61,065 nucleotides of DNA, filler included, from 6 parts of 6 records of this genome joined end to end with filler, not necessarily neighbours in it; one strand, 5' to 3'. Shown: positions 18,524-30,488, counted from the whole stretch's first letter. Notes: generated from the letters alone by a model not told the origin. Numbers and translations: made by a program.

Positions 18524-19114
18524 ATGAAAACTCTTAGTAAAAGAAAAATTGAAATACTAAGTATAGCTAAAAACATCCTTGCAGAAAAGGGTTATGGAAG
18601 CACTAGTATGAATGATATTGCTGTAGAAGTTGGAATCAAAAAAGCCAGTTTATATTCTCATTTCGAAAGTAAAGAGGAGATATTTAATTTAATCCTTAAT
18701 AACATTATCCTTAATCATGAGAAAAATTTGCTATTACTGCTTAATTCTATTAAGGAAAAAAATTCTATTTTAAAATTGGAAAAAATATTCTTTAAATATA
18801 TCGAGTATTGTTATAAAAATACTGATATTGATTTTTGGACAAGATTTTACTATTTTCCACCTTTGGGATTAAAAGATGATATATTGCACAAAACACATAC
18901 ATATGAAAAAGTATTTGAAAATGAGTTATGCAAAATTATAGAACAGGGAATCAAAGATGAAGAGATCAAAGATCAGCCAGTGCATGATATTATGCTTTCT
19001 TACTATTATCTGTTAATAGGTTTTAATATGTCTCTAAATGAATACCCAGATGAATTCCCAACAAAAGAGATTAATAAATGTGTGTCAGTATTTCTAAATG
19101 GTATTAAACTGTAA
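18524..19114 (+). CDS. TetR/AcrR family regulator
   Basis: KGYGSTSMNDIAVEVGIKKASLYSHFESKEEIF; AGGAGG RBS. Confidence 0.93.
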   Translation: MKTLSKRKIEILSIAKNILAEKGYGSTSMNDIAVEVGIKKASLYSHFESKEEIFNLILNNIILNHEKNLLLLLNSIKEKNSILKLEKIFFKYIEYCYKNTDIDFWTRFYYFPPLGLKDDILHKTHTYEKVFENELCKIIEQGIKDEEIKDQPVHDIMLSYYYLLIGFNMSLNEYPDEFPTKEINKCVSVFLNGIKL

Positions 19115-19123
19115 AGAGTGTAT

Positions 19124-19169
19124 AATAAAAGAATTGCTTAATTAATTACATTAGCAGTTCTTTATTTTT
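19124..19169 (+). terminator. Probable terminator after tetR
   Basis: aaagaattgct...agcagttcttt imperfect stem plus T-rich tail. Confidence 0.55.
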
Positions 19170-19239
19170 ACATATTGGCACTACCGGTCGGATGCTTAAA
19201 TTGATAAATAATAATTAAATCAAAAAAGGAGAATCATTT

Positions 19240-19415
19240 ATGCAAAATTTGAAATAGTTTTTGCCTGGTTGTTTAAACATAGTATACCAATTATTCCTGT
19301 ACTTGGAGTTAGTAATCTAGAACAACTTAAAAGTAATATTTCAGCTCTCAATATCACTCTAAGTGATGATGAATTTGAATTAATGAACAATGCTGCCTGT
19401 AATGGAAAAAAATAA
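19240..19415 (+). pseudogene. Aldo/keto reductase remnant (C-terminal ~53 codons only)
   Basis: AGGAGA RBS + ATG 19240, then out-of-frame IVFAWLFKHSIPIIPVLGVSNLEQLKSNISALNITLSDDEFELMN, which parallels the AKR C-terminus of 15488-16471 (LAIAW..IVPIPGTKRIKYLTDNVASAKIHLSDD). Confidence 0.8.
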
Positions 19416-19489
19416 GTAAGTAAACTATAATGCTTTGCTTTTTATGATATAATCTACTGATACTAGATCAATTATAGGAGATAATAATT

Positions 19490-21439
19490 TTGAATAAAAC
19501 TATAGGTGTAATAGCTCATGTAGATGCTGGTAAAACAACGCTCTGTGAGAGATTACTTTATCATACAAATACAATAGAAGATTTTGGACGTGTAGACAGC
19601 AAGGATACTCACCTTGATACCCATAGGCTGGAGAAAGAGCGAGGAATAACGATATTTTCTGAGCAAGCTTTAATTAAGTATAAAGGTGATGACTACTATT
19701 TAATTGATACACCTGGGCATATTGATTTTTCAGCTGAGATGGAGCGGGCATTAATGGTGATGGATTATGCTGTTATAATAGTCAGTGCTGTTGAGGGTAT
19801 CCAAGGTCATACCGAAACAGTGTGGAAACTTTTGCAAAGAAACAATATTCCCACTGTTTTTTTCATCAATAAAAGTGATAGAGATGCTGCTAACATCAAC
19901 AGAGTTCACAATGAAATAAAGGATAATTTAACTAAAGATACAGCTATAATAGATGGAGATTTGTCAAAGTTAATTAATGAAAACCTTGTAGAAACAGTTG
20001 CTGATTTGGATTATGAGCTACTTGATATGTATTTAGAAGGGGAATTTGATAGGGAAACATGGATTAGACATATTAGGATATTAATGAGAGAGTTGATGTT
20101 TTATCCCTGTTTTGCAGGTTCGGCGCTTAAGGATATTGGAGTTATGAAGTTTTGGGATAATCTACACCTCCTAAGTGAGACAAACTATCTATCAGATATA
20201 CAAGTAAATGCTAAAGTATATAAGATTAGACATGATGCAGATGGAAATAGAGTTAGCTTTATTAAGCTAAAAACAGGTTCAATTAATATAAAAGATGAAA
20301 TTGTTTATAAAATAAATGGTGATGAGTATAGAGAAAAGATAAATGATATAAGAGTATACCGAGGAAATGAATATACATCTATTAAGCGTGCGGAAGCTGG
20401 GATGCTAGTTGGAGTAACAGGATTATCTCATAGTCAAATTGGTATGAATATTGGTATCGAGGAAATGAATACTAACTTTGATATGCAAGCAGTACTTAAG
20501 TCAAAACTGCTTATAGCTAATAATACAGATATTAATAGTGTGATAAAAGCTCTGAAAATTATTAGTCTGGAAGACCCGGCTATAAAAGTCGAATGGAATC
20601 AAACTCTTCAGGAGATAAATATTAGCGTAATGGGAGTTATTCAACTAGAAGTTTTGAAAGAAATATTGTTTGAGAGATTTAAACTGGACGTGGAGTTCGA
20701 GAGTCCAGGGATAATATATAAAGAAACTATATCTAATAGTGTAGTAGGTAGAGGACATTTTGAGCCACTTAAACACTATGCAGAGGTACATCTAAGCATA
20801 GAAGCCCTACCTCGTAATAGTGGTATAGTATTTGAAAATATTTGCTCAACAGATGATTTGAGCAAGGGAAATCAGAATCTTGTTATGCAACATATAATAG
20901 AGAGAGAACACAGGGGTATATTAACTGGAAGTGGATTAACTGATTTGAGAATCACTCTTTTAACAGGTAGAGGACATAATAAACATACATCTGGTGGTGA
21001 TTTCCGTGAAGCTACTTATAGAGCACTTAGGCAGGGCTTGGAGAAGGCAGAAAATATATTACTGGAACCTTTTTATGAGTTCAAGATAAAAGTTCATAGT
21101 GATTATCTGGGAAAAGTGATGTCAGATATTCAGAAAGGGAATGGAACATTTGATGCGCCATACATTGACGAGGATAAAGCTATAATCACTGGGCGCGTTC
21201 CTGTGGCGAGCTTTATGAACTATCCAAATGAATTACTTAGTTTCACAGAAGGAAAGGGACAGATTAATTTAGTTTTTATAGGTTATGATATATGTAATAA
21301 TTCTAAAAAAATAATAAAAGAGATTGGATATAACAAAGATATAGACAAAGAATATAGCTCCTCATCAATATTTTGCTCCAAAGGGCAGGGGTATACTGTT
21401 CCATGGGATAAGGCTGATGATGAGATGCATTGTAAATAA
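19490..21439 (+). CDS. TetM/TetO-like EF-G superfamily translational GTPase (function not established)
   Basis: AHVDAGKTT, LEKERGITIFS, DTPGHIDF, NKSD, GHFEPLKHYAEV, HTSGGDFREATYRA, LLEPFY. Confidence 0.88.
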   Translation: MNKTIGVIAHVDAGKTTLCERLLYHTNTIEDFGRVDSKDTHLDTHRLEKERGITIFSEQALIKYKGDDYYLIDTPGHIDFSAEMERALMVMDYAVIIVSAVEGIQGHTETVWKLLQRNNIPTVFFINKSDRDAANINRVHNEIKDNLTKDTAIIDGDLSKLINENLVETVADLDYELLDMYLEGEFDRETWIRHIRILMRELMFYPCFAGSALKDIGVMKFWDNLHLLSETNYLSDIQVNAKVYKIRHDADGNRVSFIKLKTGSINIKDEIVYKINGDEYREKINDIRVYRGNEYTSIKRAEAGMLVGVTGLSHSQIGMNIGIEEMNTNFDMQAVLKSKLLIANNTDINSVIKALKIISLEDPAIKVEWNQTLQEINISVMGVIQLEVLKEILFERFKLDVEFESPGIIYKETISNSVVGRGHFEPLKHYAEVHLSIEALPRNSGIVFENICSTDDLSKGNQNLVMQHIIEREHRGILTGSGLTDLRITLLTGRGHNKHTSGGDFREATYRALRQGLEKAENILLEPFYEFKIKVHSDYLGKVMSDIQKGNGTFDAPYIDEDKAIITGRVPVASFMNYPNELLSFTEGKGQINLVFIGYDICNNSKKIIKEIGYNKDIDKEYSSSSIFCSKGQGYTVPWDKADDEMHCK

Positions 21440-21442
21440 TAT

Positions 21443-21486
21443 GAAGAGATTTACTTGATTTTAAGATAAAGTAAATCTCTTCTTTT
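21443..21486 (+). terminator. Rho-independent terminator
   Basis: gaagagatttactt...aagtaaatctcttc stem followed by tttt. Confidence 0.75.
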
Positions 21487-21660
21487 AGTGAAAAATAATA
21501 ACTCGTGAAATGACAAAGGATACGACTAGCTAAAAAATCGAAAACAATTTTGATATCAATGACTATAAAAAGTAAAAAATTGTTATACCTAATTTTGAAT
21601 TATATAGAAAATAATGGTATAGTAGAATGTAATTCATTGTCAAAATAGGAGGGAAACAAA

Positions 21661-24600
21661 ATGAGAAAAAGAACATTACTAATTTCTGTAATAATTATAT
21701 GTTTCATTTTGTCCGTTGTATTACATGCAAAAACTTCTAATCTAAACCTCACGCCAGAGGAAAGGAATTATATAAAAAATAATAAATATATTAATATTGG
21801 TTTTTCAGAGAACGAGCCATTTATATTTATAAAAAACGAAGAGGTAAAAGGTTTAATTGTTGAAATTTTTAGTGAAATGTCGAAAGCTTTAGGAGTATCT
21901 TTTAGCTATAAAAGATATAAAAATATAGAAAATAGAATGGAAGCTTTGCAAAGAAATGAAGTGGATATATTAACAGCTGTTATTTATAATGAAAAATTGG
22001 AAGAAAAAATAGCCTTTGGATATCCTAAAATGAAGGTAGTAAACTCCATATTTACTAAAGAATCTAATTTGGAACGAAACTCTCTTCATAAACTTAAAGA
22101 TAAAAAGGTTGCATTACTAAACAAACTGGGCATGAATAATTTACTTATAGAACAATTTCCAAATGTAAATTTTGTTTTAGCGGATTCGATAGACGAGATG
22201 TTTTTTATGCTTGATGCTGACAAAGTTGATGCAGTTATCATGGAGAAAATACTAGGAAGTTATAAAGTAAAAAAGTTAAAAATAGCTGACATTATAACTA
22301 GTGGAGACATTGCTCTAAAAGAAGAGGTAAATGGACATACTTATGTCACTACAAATGAAAATAAAGTGCTATTGTCTATACTGAATAAGGCTTATATGGC
22401 TATAAGTAAGAATAGGATATTTGAACTATGGCAGAAATGGTTATTTAACTATGAAATAATAAGTCAATTTGAGGATAATAATCTAAATTTAAGTATTGAA
22501 GAATTAGACTACCTTAACACTAAAGAATATATTTCAGTAACAGCCCTTGAAAGCTTTCAACCATTCTCTTTTTATAAAGACGGAAAAGTTGAAGGTTATA
22601 GTATAGAGATTATGAGACTAATAGGAGAGTTGTTAAATAAGGAAATAAGGTTTGTACAGAAGCCCTGGAATGAGCAGTTAGAGATGCTAGAAGCAGGAAA
22701 ACTTGACGTTATTCCACATATTGCTATAACTAATGAGCGTAAAGAGTTTATAACATACACTGATTTTATCCATTTAAGTTTTTTAACGGGATTTATTACT
22801 AATAAAACTAATAAACTTGAAAGTATGGATGATCTAAGTGGAAAAAAATTAGCAATAATAAATAAATACTTCTTTCAAAATTATTTAGAAAAAACTTTTC
22901 CAGAGATTGAATTTATAATTGTAAAATCAGGAATTGAATTAATCGAAGCGGTGTCTCAAGGCGATGCATTTGCGAGTATAGGAAACTTACCAACTCTTAA
23001 CTATTTCATACAAGCAAAATGGGCGAATAATTTAAAAACAATTACAGTTAAAGATTTTGGAATACCAATAGAAACAGAGATGCCAATGGGGGTAAAAAAA
23101 GGAAACCTATTACTAAAATCAATATTAGAAAAAGCAAATTTAGCTTTACCTATAGAGGAAGTTAAAAAGATAAAACAAAAATGGTTAGAAAGTGAGAATA
23201 AGACAAGGAAGATAGAGTTAAGTGAAGAGGAAAAAGCTTATCTTAGAGATAAAAAGGAGATATTAATGTGTATTGATCCAAATTGGATGCCATTTGAAGC
23301 AAACATTAATGGTAAGCACATTGGGATGAGTGCAGACTATTTTGAACTTTTTGAAGAGATGATAGATACTCCTATAAAATTGGTTGAGACGGATATTTGC
23401 TTAAAATCATTTGAGGATGGAAAGAAAAAAGAGTATGATATTTTTTCATTGCTAATGGAAACTGAAGAGAAAAAAACATCTCGATTTCACTAAAAATTAT
23501 TTTGAAACTTCTTTAGTTTTAGCAACAGAAATGGATGGGAAGTGGGTGGAGAGCCTTGATGCTCTAAAAGGTAAAAAAATTGGAATAGTGAAAGGTTATG
23601 TTTGTGGTGAGATTCTGAGAAAAAAATATCCTAGTTTAAATTTACTAGAAGTAGAGAATATTCATGAAGGTTTGTTGAAAGTGGAAAAAAGTGAAATAGA
23701 TGGATTTATTGGAAGCTTAGCAACAGTTGGACATCATATTCAAGAAGCTCATGTTGGTATGGTTAAAATAAGTGGAAGATTTGATGAAATAATAAAAATG
23801 GGTATAGGAATCCGAAAAGATGAACCTTTGTTAAAGTCAATTTTTAATAAAGCAATAGATAGCTTAACAGAGGAAGATCATAGAAAGATCAGAAATAAGT
23901 GGATTAAGATTGAAGTAAATAAAGGCGATAATAATGAACTTAGTTTACAGGAGAAAAGATTTCTTGAAAAACACCCTAAAATTCGATTTAGGATTCGTAA
24001 TGATAGAGCACCGTTTGAGTTTAATCAAAATGGTCAGGCAGCAGGTTTAGCAGTTGATTATTTAACAACTATCGCAGATAGAGTAGGTTTGCAAGCTGAA
24101 TTTGTAGTTGATGATACTGGAGTAGGGAAATCATTTGAAATACTCAATACAACTAGAGATAAATTTGATACTCTTGCATATTCCGTAAAATCTGCTAACC
24201 GAGAAAACTACCTGGTTTATGGCGATGTATACATGTCATATCCAATGATGATAATAACAAATAAAAATTCTCCGTATATTGGAAAAACATCTGATTTAAT
24301 TGGAAAAACAGTTGCTATCGAAAAAGGATTTTTAACCCAAAAATGGTTGGAGCGAGATTATGCTGGAATAAATATAATGGAAGTGGAAAGTACTAAAACA
24401 GCTTTACAGCTTGTAAATGATGCAAAAGTAGATGCATATATTGGAAACTTAGCGGTAGCTAACTTTATGATGGTACATGGAGGTATGTCAAACTTAAAAG
24501 TACAAGCGCCATCAGATTATGGAAACGTTGATTATAGATTTGTTGCTCCAAAAGATTGGCCTGAGTTAGCATCAATTTTAAATAAAGGATACAATCAATT

Positions 24601-25267
24601 AACAGTAAAAGAACACAGCTTGATACAACAGAAATGGTTCTCCCTACAGGTAATAGAAAAATTTGACTACGATATATTAACAAAAGGAGCTATAATTTCA
24701 GTTGCATTTATGGCATTGATTCTATATTGGAATAGGAGATTACAATTTGAAAAAGAAAACACAAACTGCTCTAGAGGAGTTAAAAAAAGTTTCTGTGAGA
24801 GATAAGCTAACTTCACTATTTAATAGGATTAGAACAGATGAGGTTTTATTAGATGAATTAGAGAGAGCACAGAGATTCAAAGAAGCATTTGGTGTTATTT
24901 TACTGGATGTAGATTTATTTAAAGTTATAAATGATGATTACGGACACCAAACAGGTGATAAAGTTTTAATTGAATTTGCTAAACTATTAAAAGAAAACTT
25001 TAGAGACGTTGATACTATTGGTAGATGGGGAGGGGAGGAGTTTATAGTAATCTGCCCCGAAACTGATAAGTTAGGAACAATATATGCAGCGGAGAAAGTC
25101 CGGAGAATAATAGAGAAGAATATTTTTAACGAAGTTGGGAAAGTTACAGCTAGTTTTGGCTGTACTATCTATAATAACGATGAAAACGTTGATGAGATAA
25201 TTCAAAGAGCTGATGACGCTCTTTATAACTCAAAAAAAGTGGTAGAAATATAGTATCATTTAAATAA
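21661..25267 (+). CDS. Diguanylate cyclase with four tandem solute-binding (PBPb) sensor domains and a TM helix (three apparent frameshifts)
   Basis: Four repeats opening L(T/S)xEE/LSLQE and closing QKW/NKW; TM ending YWNRRL; DKLTSLFNR, DVDLFKVINDDYGHQTGD, RDVD I-site, RWGGEEF. Shifts near 23470, 24750 and 25235 restore HLDFTKNY, TQTALEEL and SKKSGRN. Confidence 0.88.
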
Positions 25268-25311
25268 AACAGTTACAGCAATGACACGAATATAAAATTA
25301 ACTAAATACAT

Positions 25312-25362
25312 AAATGAAAAAAGATTAACCTTTAAAGTCTAAAGGTTAATCTTTTTTCATTT
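25312..25362. terminator. Long bidirectional hairpin terminator
   Basis: aaatgaaaaaagattaaccttta...taaaggttaatcttttttcattt, 23-bp arms. Confidence 0.85.
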
Positions 25363-25487
25363 GCACAACAAAATTTATAGAATTAACTTAAAGTGAAAAC
25401 TAAAATTATGTTTTTACTCAAGAAACGACACAAGTATCCATTAATTTAATATGCTTAATAATATAAAAACTCAGTTGATAAATAAAA

Positions 25488-25587
25488 NNNNNNNNNNNNN
25501 NNNNNNNNNNNNNNNNNNNNNNNNNNNNNNNTTAATTAATTAANNNNNNNNNNNNNNNNNNNNNNNNNNNNNNNNNNNNNNNNNNNN
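25488..25587. other. Artificial contig linker
   Basis: N44-TTAATTAATTAA-N44. Confidence 0.99.
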
Positions 25588-28500
25588 TTTTTTGTCTGAA
25601 AAGTTATTACATAGCACCCTTTTGGGAAATCTGCATTTAATCTATGTATGCCTTTTTCGAAATACTTCTGGAATATTTTTGTCCCAGCTATATCAAATAA
25701 GCTTACATTACCTTCCTCATGCAAATCAATTGTAAAATATTGTGTTGCAGGATTTGGATACACTTTTAGCACTTGTTGTTCTTCCTTGATAAAGTAAGCT
25801 GAAGATGTAACATCTCCGAACACCTCAAGTTCTGAAATTGTGTTGTTGTCATCTATATTATTTCCGTGTCCAATTATTTTTACAAACTTGTAAAGAATAG
25901 TTGACTTGTAATTTGCACACTCAACAAGATGTTTGTCATTTGAAAAGCCGCAAGAACTCAATTCTTCGAATAAAGGTTCCCATGTATTGTTGTCCTGAGA
26001 TAAATACACATCGAAATTTGAATATTTTTCATTCATTCCGTAAAATGCGAGTTTTAGATGGCTGATATCAGCAGGAGCATTTAATTCCATTTTAACCCAG
26101 TGATTATCGCCTTTCGCAGACCAATAAGTGTCTGGATTGTCATCTAAAATGTTAACTGGGTGATTGTTACCATCAAAATGGCTGGCTTCAATTGAACTTA
26201 CCTGTAGTTTACTAACATCGGGTTTATAAGGAGTAAAAGTGATATCAATTGATTTATAGCTAATGCCTTTTGCATCACTTACTTCTACTTTAAAACGTCT
26301 TGTAGTTGGATAAGAAACATCGGGAACAAGATATGAAATTTTTGAGCTATTGGTATTTGATAAACTTACACCTTCAGGACCAATCCAGTTAAAGTTTAAT
26401 TCATCATTGTCTGGATCAAAAGATTTTGATGCATCTAAGATGTTGACTGTTCCGCTATTAACAGATTCATTGTAATCCGCAATAATAATTGGAAATGTGT
26501 TTGTTGTACTTCCAGACTTGGTAGAATCATTACTTGGATTTGAAGTCTCATCATAAGATTTTTTTTCTGTTATTATAACTGCATTTACAACACCGTATAA
26601 ATCATTAAATCTTTTACGATAACCTATTTTAATCTCATTGTTTTGAGGGGAAATATTTTTGAAAGAAACTAATTCGCATGTATTTCCTTTTGCATTGATG
26701 CTGTCAACGTGTTCGCCAACAATAAATACAGCGCCTATTTCTTCTGATGTTCTCCGGTTTCTGGAAGACAGAATATCAATATCGTATACTTTAGTTGAAT
26801 TTAGATTACTTAAAGTAAAATTTCGTATACTATTATCCGACGTGTAAATATAATTCCCAACAATATTTTCATGATAACAAGATCCAGATACGTCACCTCT
26901 ATTATAAGATGTCCATCCATTCCACATAGAAAAATTATATGATGAACTAGTTTCGTCTGAATATTTTAAATTTGATATATCTGATCTATTCAATTCCAAA
27001 TCATTCCAGCCTGTAATTTTTGAAGGCTCCCCAAGATTAATTTTTATAACAGAATCACTAAGATTTGTATCAGGGACTTTGTTAATAGTTAAATCAAGAG
27101 TAACAATTGAATCACAACCCAATACTGTTTTTAAAAAGAATTTGATTTCTCCACTTGCAGCTGTAATGGGTATAATCTGATCGTAATAATTGTATGGAAG
27201 TTCATTCTCATTTATATTTAATTTATCAGTTATATTGTAAATAGGGTTAACTGTTAGATCAAGATTTACAATTGAATCTCCACCCGATTGATTTTTTAGT
27301 TTGATTATATATTTTCCAGATTCTGAAAAATTATTGTTTCCAATTTGGAAGATTTCACCTTGACAAATTGATTTTTCTATATAAGTTTCTTGAGATGAGA
27401 TAACAATTAAATCAAGATTTACAATTGAATCGCACCCGAATTGATTCATTAGTTTAGAAGAATAAGAGCCAGACTCTGAGAATACATCAGTACCAATTTG
27501 AACACTTTCTCCTTGGGATATCGTCTTGGTAATGTATATATTTTGACTTTGATTAACTGTTAAATCTAAAATAATAACCGAATCGCATTCGGATTTGTTT
27601 GATAAGCAGACAGTATATGTGCCAGATTCGGTAAAAATAGAGTTGTCTATTTGAACAAATTCTCCACTACATATTGTGTCTGAGATGTAGTGTTTAGTTA
27701 CATTTGAAAAGACTGGTGCTAAAGGCTGTCTTGGAGTTCCACCGCCACCAATATTATCGGGCGAATTATTTATAATAACAGATAAAGCTGTCATTAATCT
27801 ATTCACATCGTTACTCCACGTATCACTTGTCATTGAGAAGCCAAATGTATCTTCAAATTCATCCTCTACACCTTTTTCAACAATGATACCCCAGTAATCC
27901 CCATAACCATCTTCAGCAAAATAGACGCCGTAGTTTTGCATTGTGAAAAAAAGTTTTTTTCCTGCATCTGTTTGAATACCGATGGATTCCGGTGTAACAT
28001 CAGGTGGTATAGCCAATAGAGAACCCATTACAATGTTTGGGTTGTTGCCTCCATACACATTAGGTGCGTAATTATCAGCGCTCCTTGCTGGCCATTTATA
28101 ACCGGGAATAGCATCGTTATAATAACAATATTTGGCTGCCCATGGATTAATTTTAATTGCATGGCGTATAGGATTGTCGCTTGAAAATTCCCCTTTTCTA
28201 ATTGTGCCACCAAGGGCAGACATACCTGATGCTCCCTGACCACCACCATCTAATCCCTCACCTTTAATTGATTGATATCTCCTGTTGCTTGGAGAACTCA
28301 TCCAACTTGGTAAATATACAGGGCCAGCTGCGACACACCTGGATACTAAACTCCCCTCAAATACCATGTCTGAATCAGGTAGGCGAAATGCAAAATTATT
28401 ATTTGGAGTCCAGTTATTGTTTACGGCATCCGGAACAATCCAGTCGTCAGGTACCCTTAATGTAAATCCAAGGTAACTAGTACCATCACATCTACCCGGC

Positions 28501-28759
28501 CCCAAACTTCTGTTCCTAAGACTTGCTGCTCAGGGTAGGAAGAACTTAATTCCATTATATGCTGTATGTCATAGTCAGCGTATTTTGCCGGCTCTAGATT
28601 GGCATCAACGTAAATTGCATTACTGCCAATTGGCTGGTTCCAGATTGAATTTTGAGAATATGGCCATAACCATGGATCTCTATTCCCGGATAAAATTTCC
28701 TGCCCATAGGTATTATAAAATACCATCAATAGAATAAGTATGTATATTGACTTTTTCAT
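25588..28759 (-). CDS. Large T9SS type-A secreted multidomain protein (unassigned N-terminal domain, Cys-containing repeats, PKD-like, F5/8 type C/CBM32, CTD); frameshift at 28500-28503; 3'-truncated
   Basis: Signal MKKSIYILILLMVFYNTYG; one extra base joins EVW-GPGRCDG; CBM32-like DGNNHPVNILDDNPDTYWSAKGD...ISELEVFG; CTD LKVYPNPAT...LFDIAG...KGCYVI. Confidence 0.85.
27080..27690 (-). repeat. Four intragenic ~51-aa repeats
   Basis: IC.GE..QI....F.ESG.Y...L.N..GCDSIV.LDLTV repeated; fourth copy more divergent; limits approximate. Confidence 0.85.
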
Positions 28760-29261
28760 AACTCTCATTTTAGAAAATACAAGGCTGAATATTTTGAATT
28801 CTTCCTTCAAGTCAAAGGAATCATTCTACTTGTCAGCCTTTTTGGTAAAACGCTTTAATTTTTTGACGAAACAACGATTTCAATAGGTAAAACTACGTAT
28901 TAAGGTTTTAAATTGTTACTATTTTGATTAATTTTCTTAGGGATATTTATGTAACGTAGGGTGTAAATGTTTTGTGGTGGCTTATATTAATTGTAAATGG
29001 TATGAAGTATTTTAATTTTTGGCTTGGTGATAAATTATAAGGAATATTAAAATTAAATCAAAAAGGTGAGTGAATTACATTCTATCAAAAATATGAATTA
29101 TAAGATAGTTTTTTTGATATAAATAAAAGTGAATTGTATTTAAGTAAATTTAGATGAGGTGCAAAAGAGTGAAATACAAGTAGCTTTTTATTTAAGAAAT
29201 TAGAGGAAACTGTTTGGTGTTATTTTATTATAGGTGTTTTTAGTGGTCTATGTTATAGCAT

Positions 29262-29292
29262 AAAAAAAGGCAGTCACTGACTGCCTTTTTTT
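29262..29292. terminator. Bidirectional terminator ending the polysaccharide cluster
   Basis: aaaaaaaggcagtca-c-tgactgccttttttt perfect inverted repeat. Confidence 0.85.
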
Positions 29293-29435
29293 GTATAATA
29301 ATGCTAGATATTATTAATAAGATTGTGTTGAGTTCTTATATTTTATTATCCGTATCCTTAATTAACAATAAATCAAATATTTATTCGGTTGTTTGATATA
29401 AATATGACGCCTGCCAAATAGGATGTTTTTATATT

Positions 29436-30488
29436 TTACCCCCCAAATTTTTTCTTATTTCCAAGCGATAAAAACCTTGGCCAGCTATATTTATTTATTG
29501 AGAGTTCATAAATAATAGGAAGAGTTAATCCTAATAATAATGAAATAACAAATACAACAAATTTGTTATTGTCGAAATGAATGATTTCGAGAAATATACG
29601 TCCTGTTGCAGTGCCAAATACGTGATATAGATATACTCCATAACTAAAATGACCAATGACGTTAAAAAAAGATGAGTTAAACCTAAATTTAAACAATAAA
29701 ACCAGTCCGAATAATCCAACCAACATACCAATGATATTATTCCTGCTATTAAAATAACTAATATCGTTGAACCAAGCATGTTGTTGTAATGATATACCTA
29801 TAACAAAAAATAAAGAGCTTGATATAATGAATAGCTTGTTTTTTGAAAATAAAAGTTCATATCTTTTAATTCCACAACCTAAAATAAAGAATGGAAGTAA
29901 ATAAATAGCTTCACTAAAACTGAAAAATGATGTAAATTCAAATAATGAATGAACAGTAATAGCTAGCGCTAAGAAAATCAGTAATTTCCATAATTTGTTT
30001 AGCAGTCCAAAATAATCACTTATGCCAATAAATAAAAAAACTATGAAAAGAGCTTGGAGATACCAAAAATGAGCAAACGGATATATATAAATTATCCATA
30101 ATTCTTTAATGTTTGTTTGTGCATTTACACCTGGAATAAATGATTGAAATAAAAAGTGGATGGTGCTTGCGAAAATTAAAGGAATCAATAATCGTCTACT
30201 TTTTCCTGTGTAAAATTTCAGAAGATTCCCGTTGTTTCTCTGGACAGGTCTGATGGAATAAACATATCCTGAGATTGCTGTAAATAGTGGCATTCTAATA
30301 TACATCAAAGAGTAATAAATATACCTGTAGATAGAATCGTCACTTACGCGTATCCCTTCATGTTCATTTTGACCAATAACATGTCCTGTTACCATTAGCA
30401 ATAACGCAACGCCTCTTAAAGCTTCTATAGAATGATCTTTGTTCTCATGTAAAATATTTGTTATACTAACTTTTACATTTAGTTTCAT
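29436..30488 (-). CDS. Acyltransferase family 3 (polysaccharide O-acyltransferase)
   Basis: IEALRGVALLLMVTGH, RMPLFTAISGY, HFWYL, SYGVYLYH; about 10 TMs. Confidence 0.92.
   Translation of the reverse strand: MKLNVKVSITNILHENKDHSIEALRGVALLLMVTGHVIGQNEHEGIRVSDDSIYRYIYYSLMYIRMPLFTAISGYVYSIRPVQRNNGNLLKFYTGKSRRLLIPLIFASTIHFLFQSFIPGVNAQTNIKELWIIYIYPFAHFWYLQALFIVFLFIGISDYFGLLNKLWKLLIFLALAITVHSLFEFTSFFSFSEAIYLLPFFILGCGIKRYELLFSKNKLFIISSSLFFVIGISLQQHAWFNDISYFNSRNNIIGMLVGLFGLVLLFKFRFNSSFFNVIGHFSYGVYLYHVFGTATGRIFLEIIHFDNNKFVVFVISLLLGLTLPIIYELSINKYSWPRFLSLGNKKKFGG

Noticed and set aside
19490-21439. Calling the GTPase a tetracycline resistance gene
   Set aside because: The resistance-associated domain IV loop is absent and there is no mobile context; no gene symbol assigned.
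28760-29435. Long AT-rich intergenic region as ncRNA or hidden gene
   Set aside because: Only a terminator hairpin is evident; no supportable ORF or structure.
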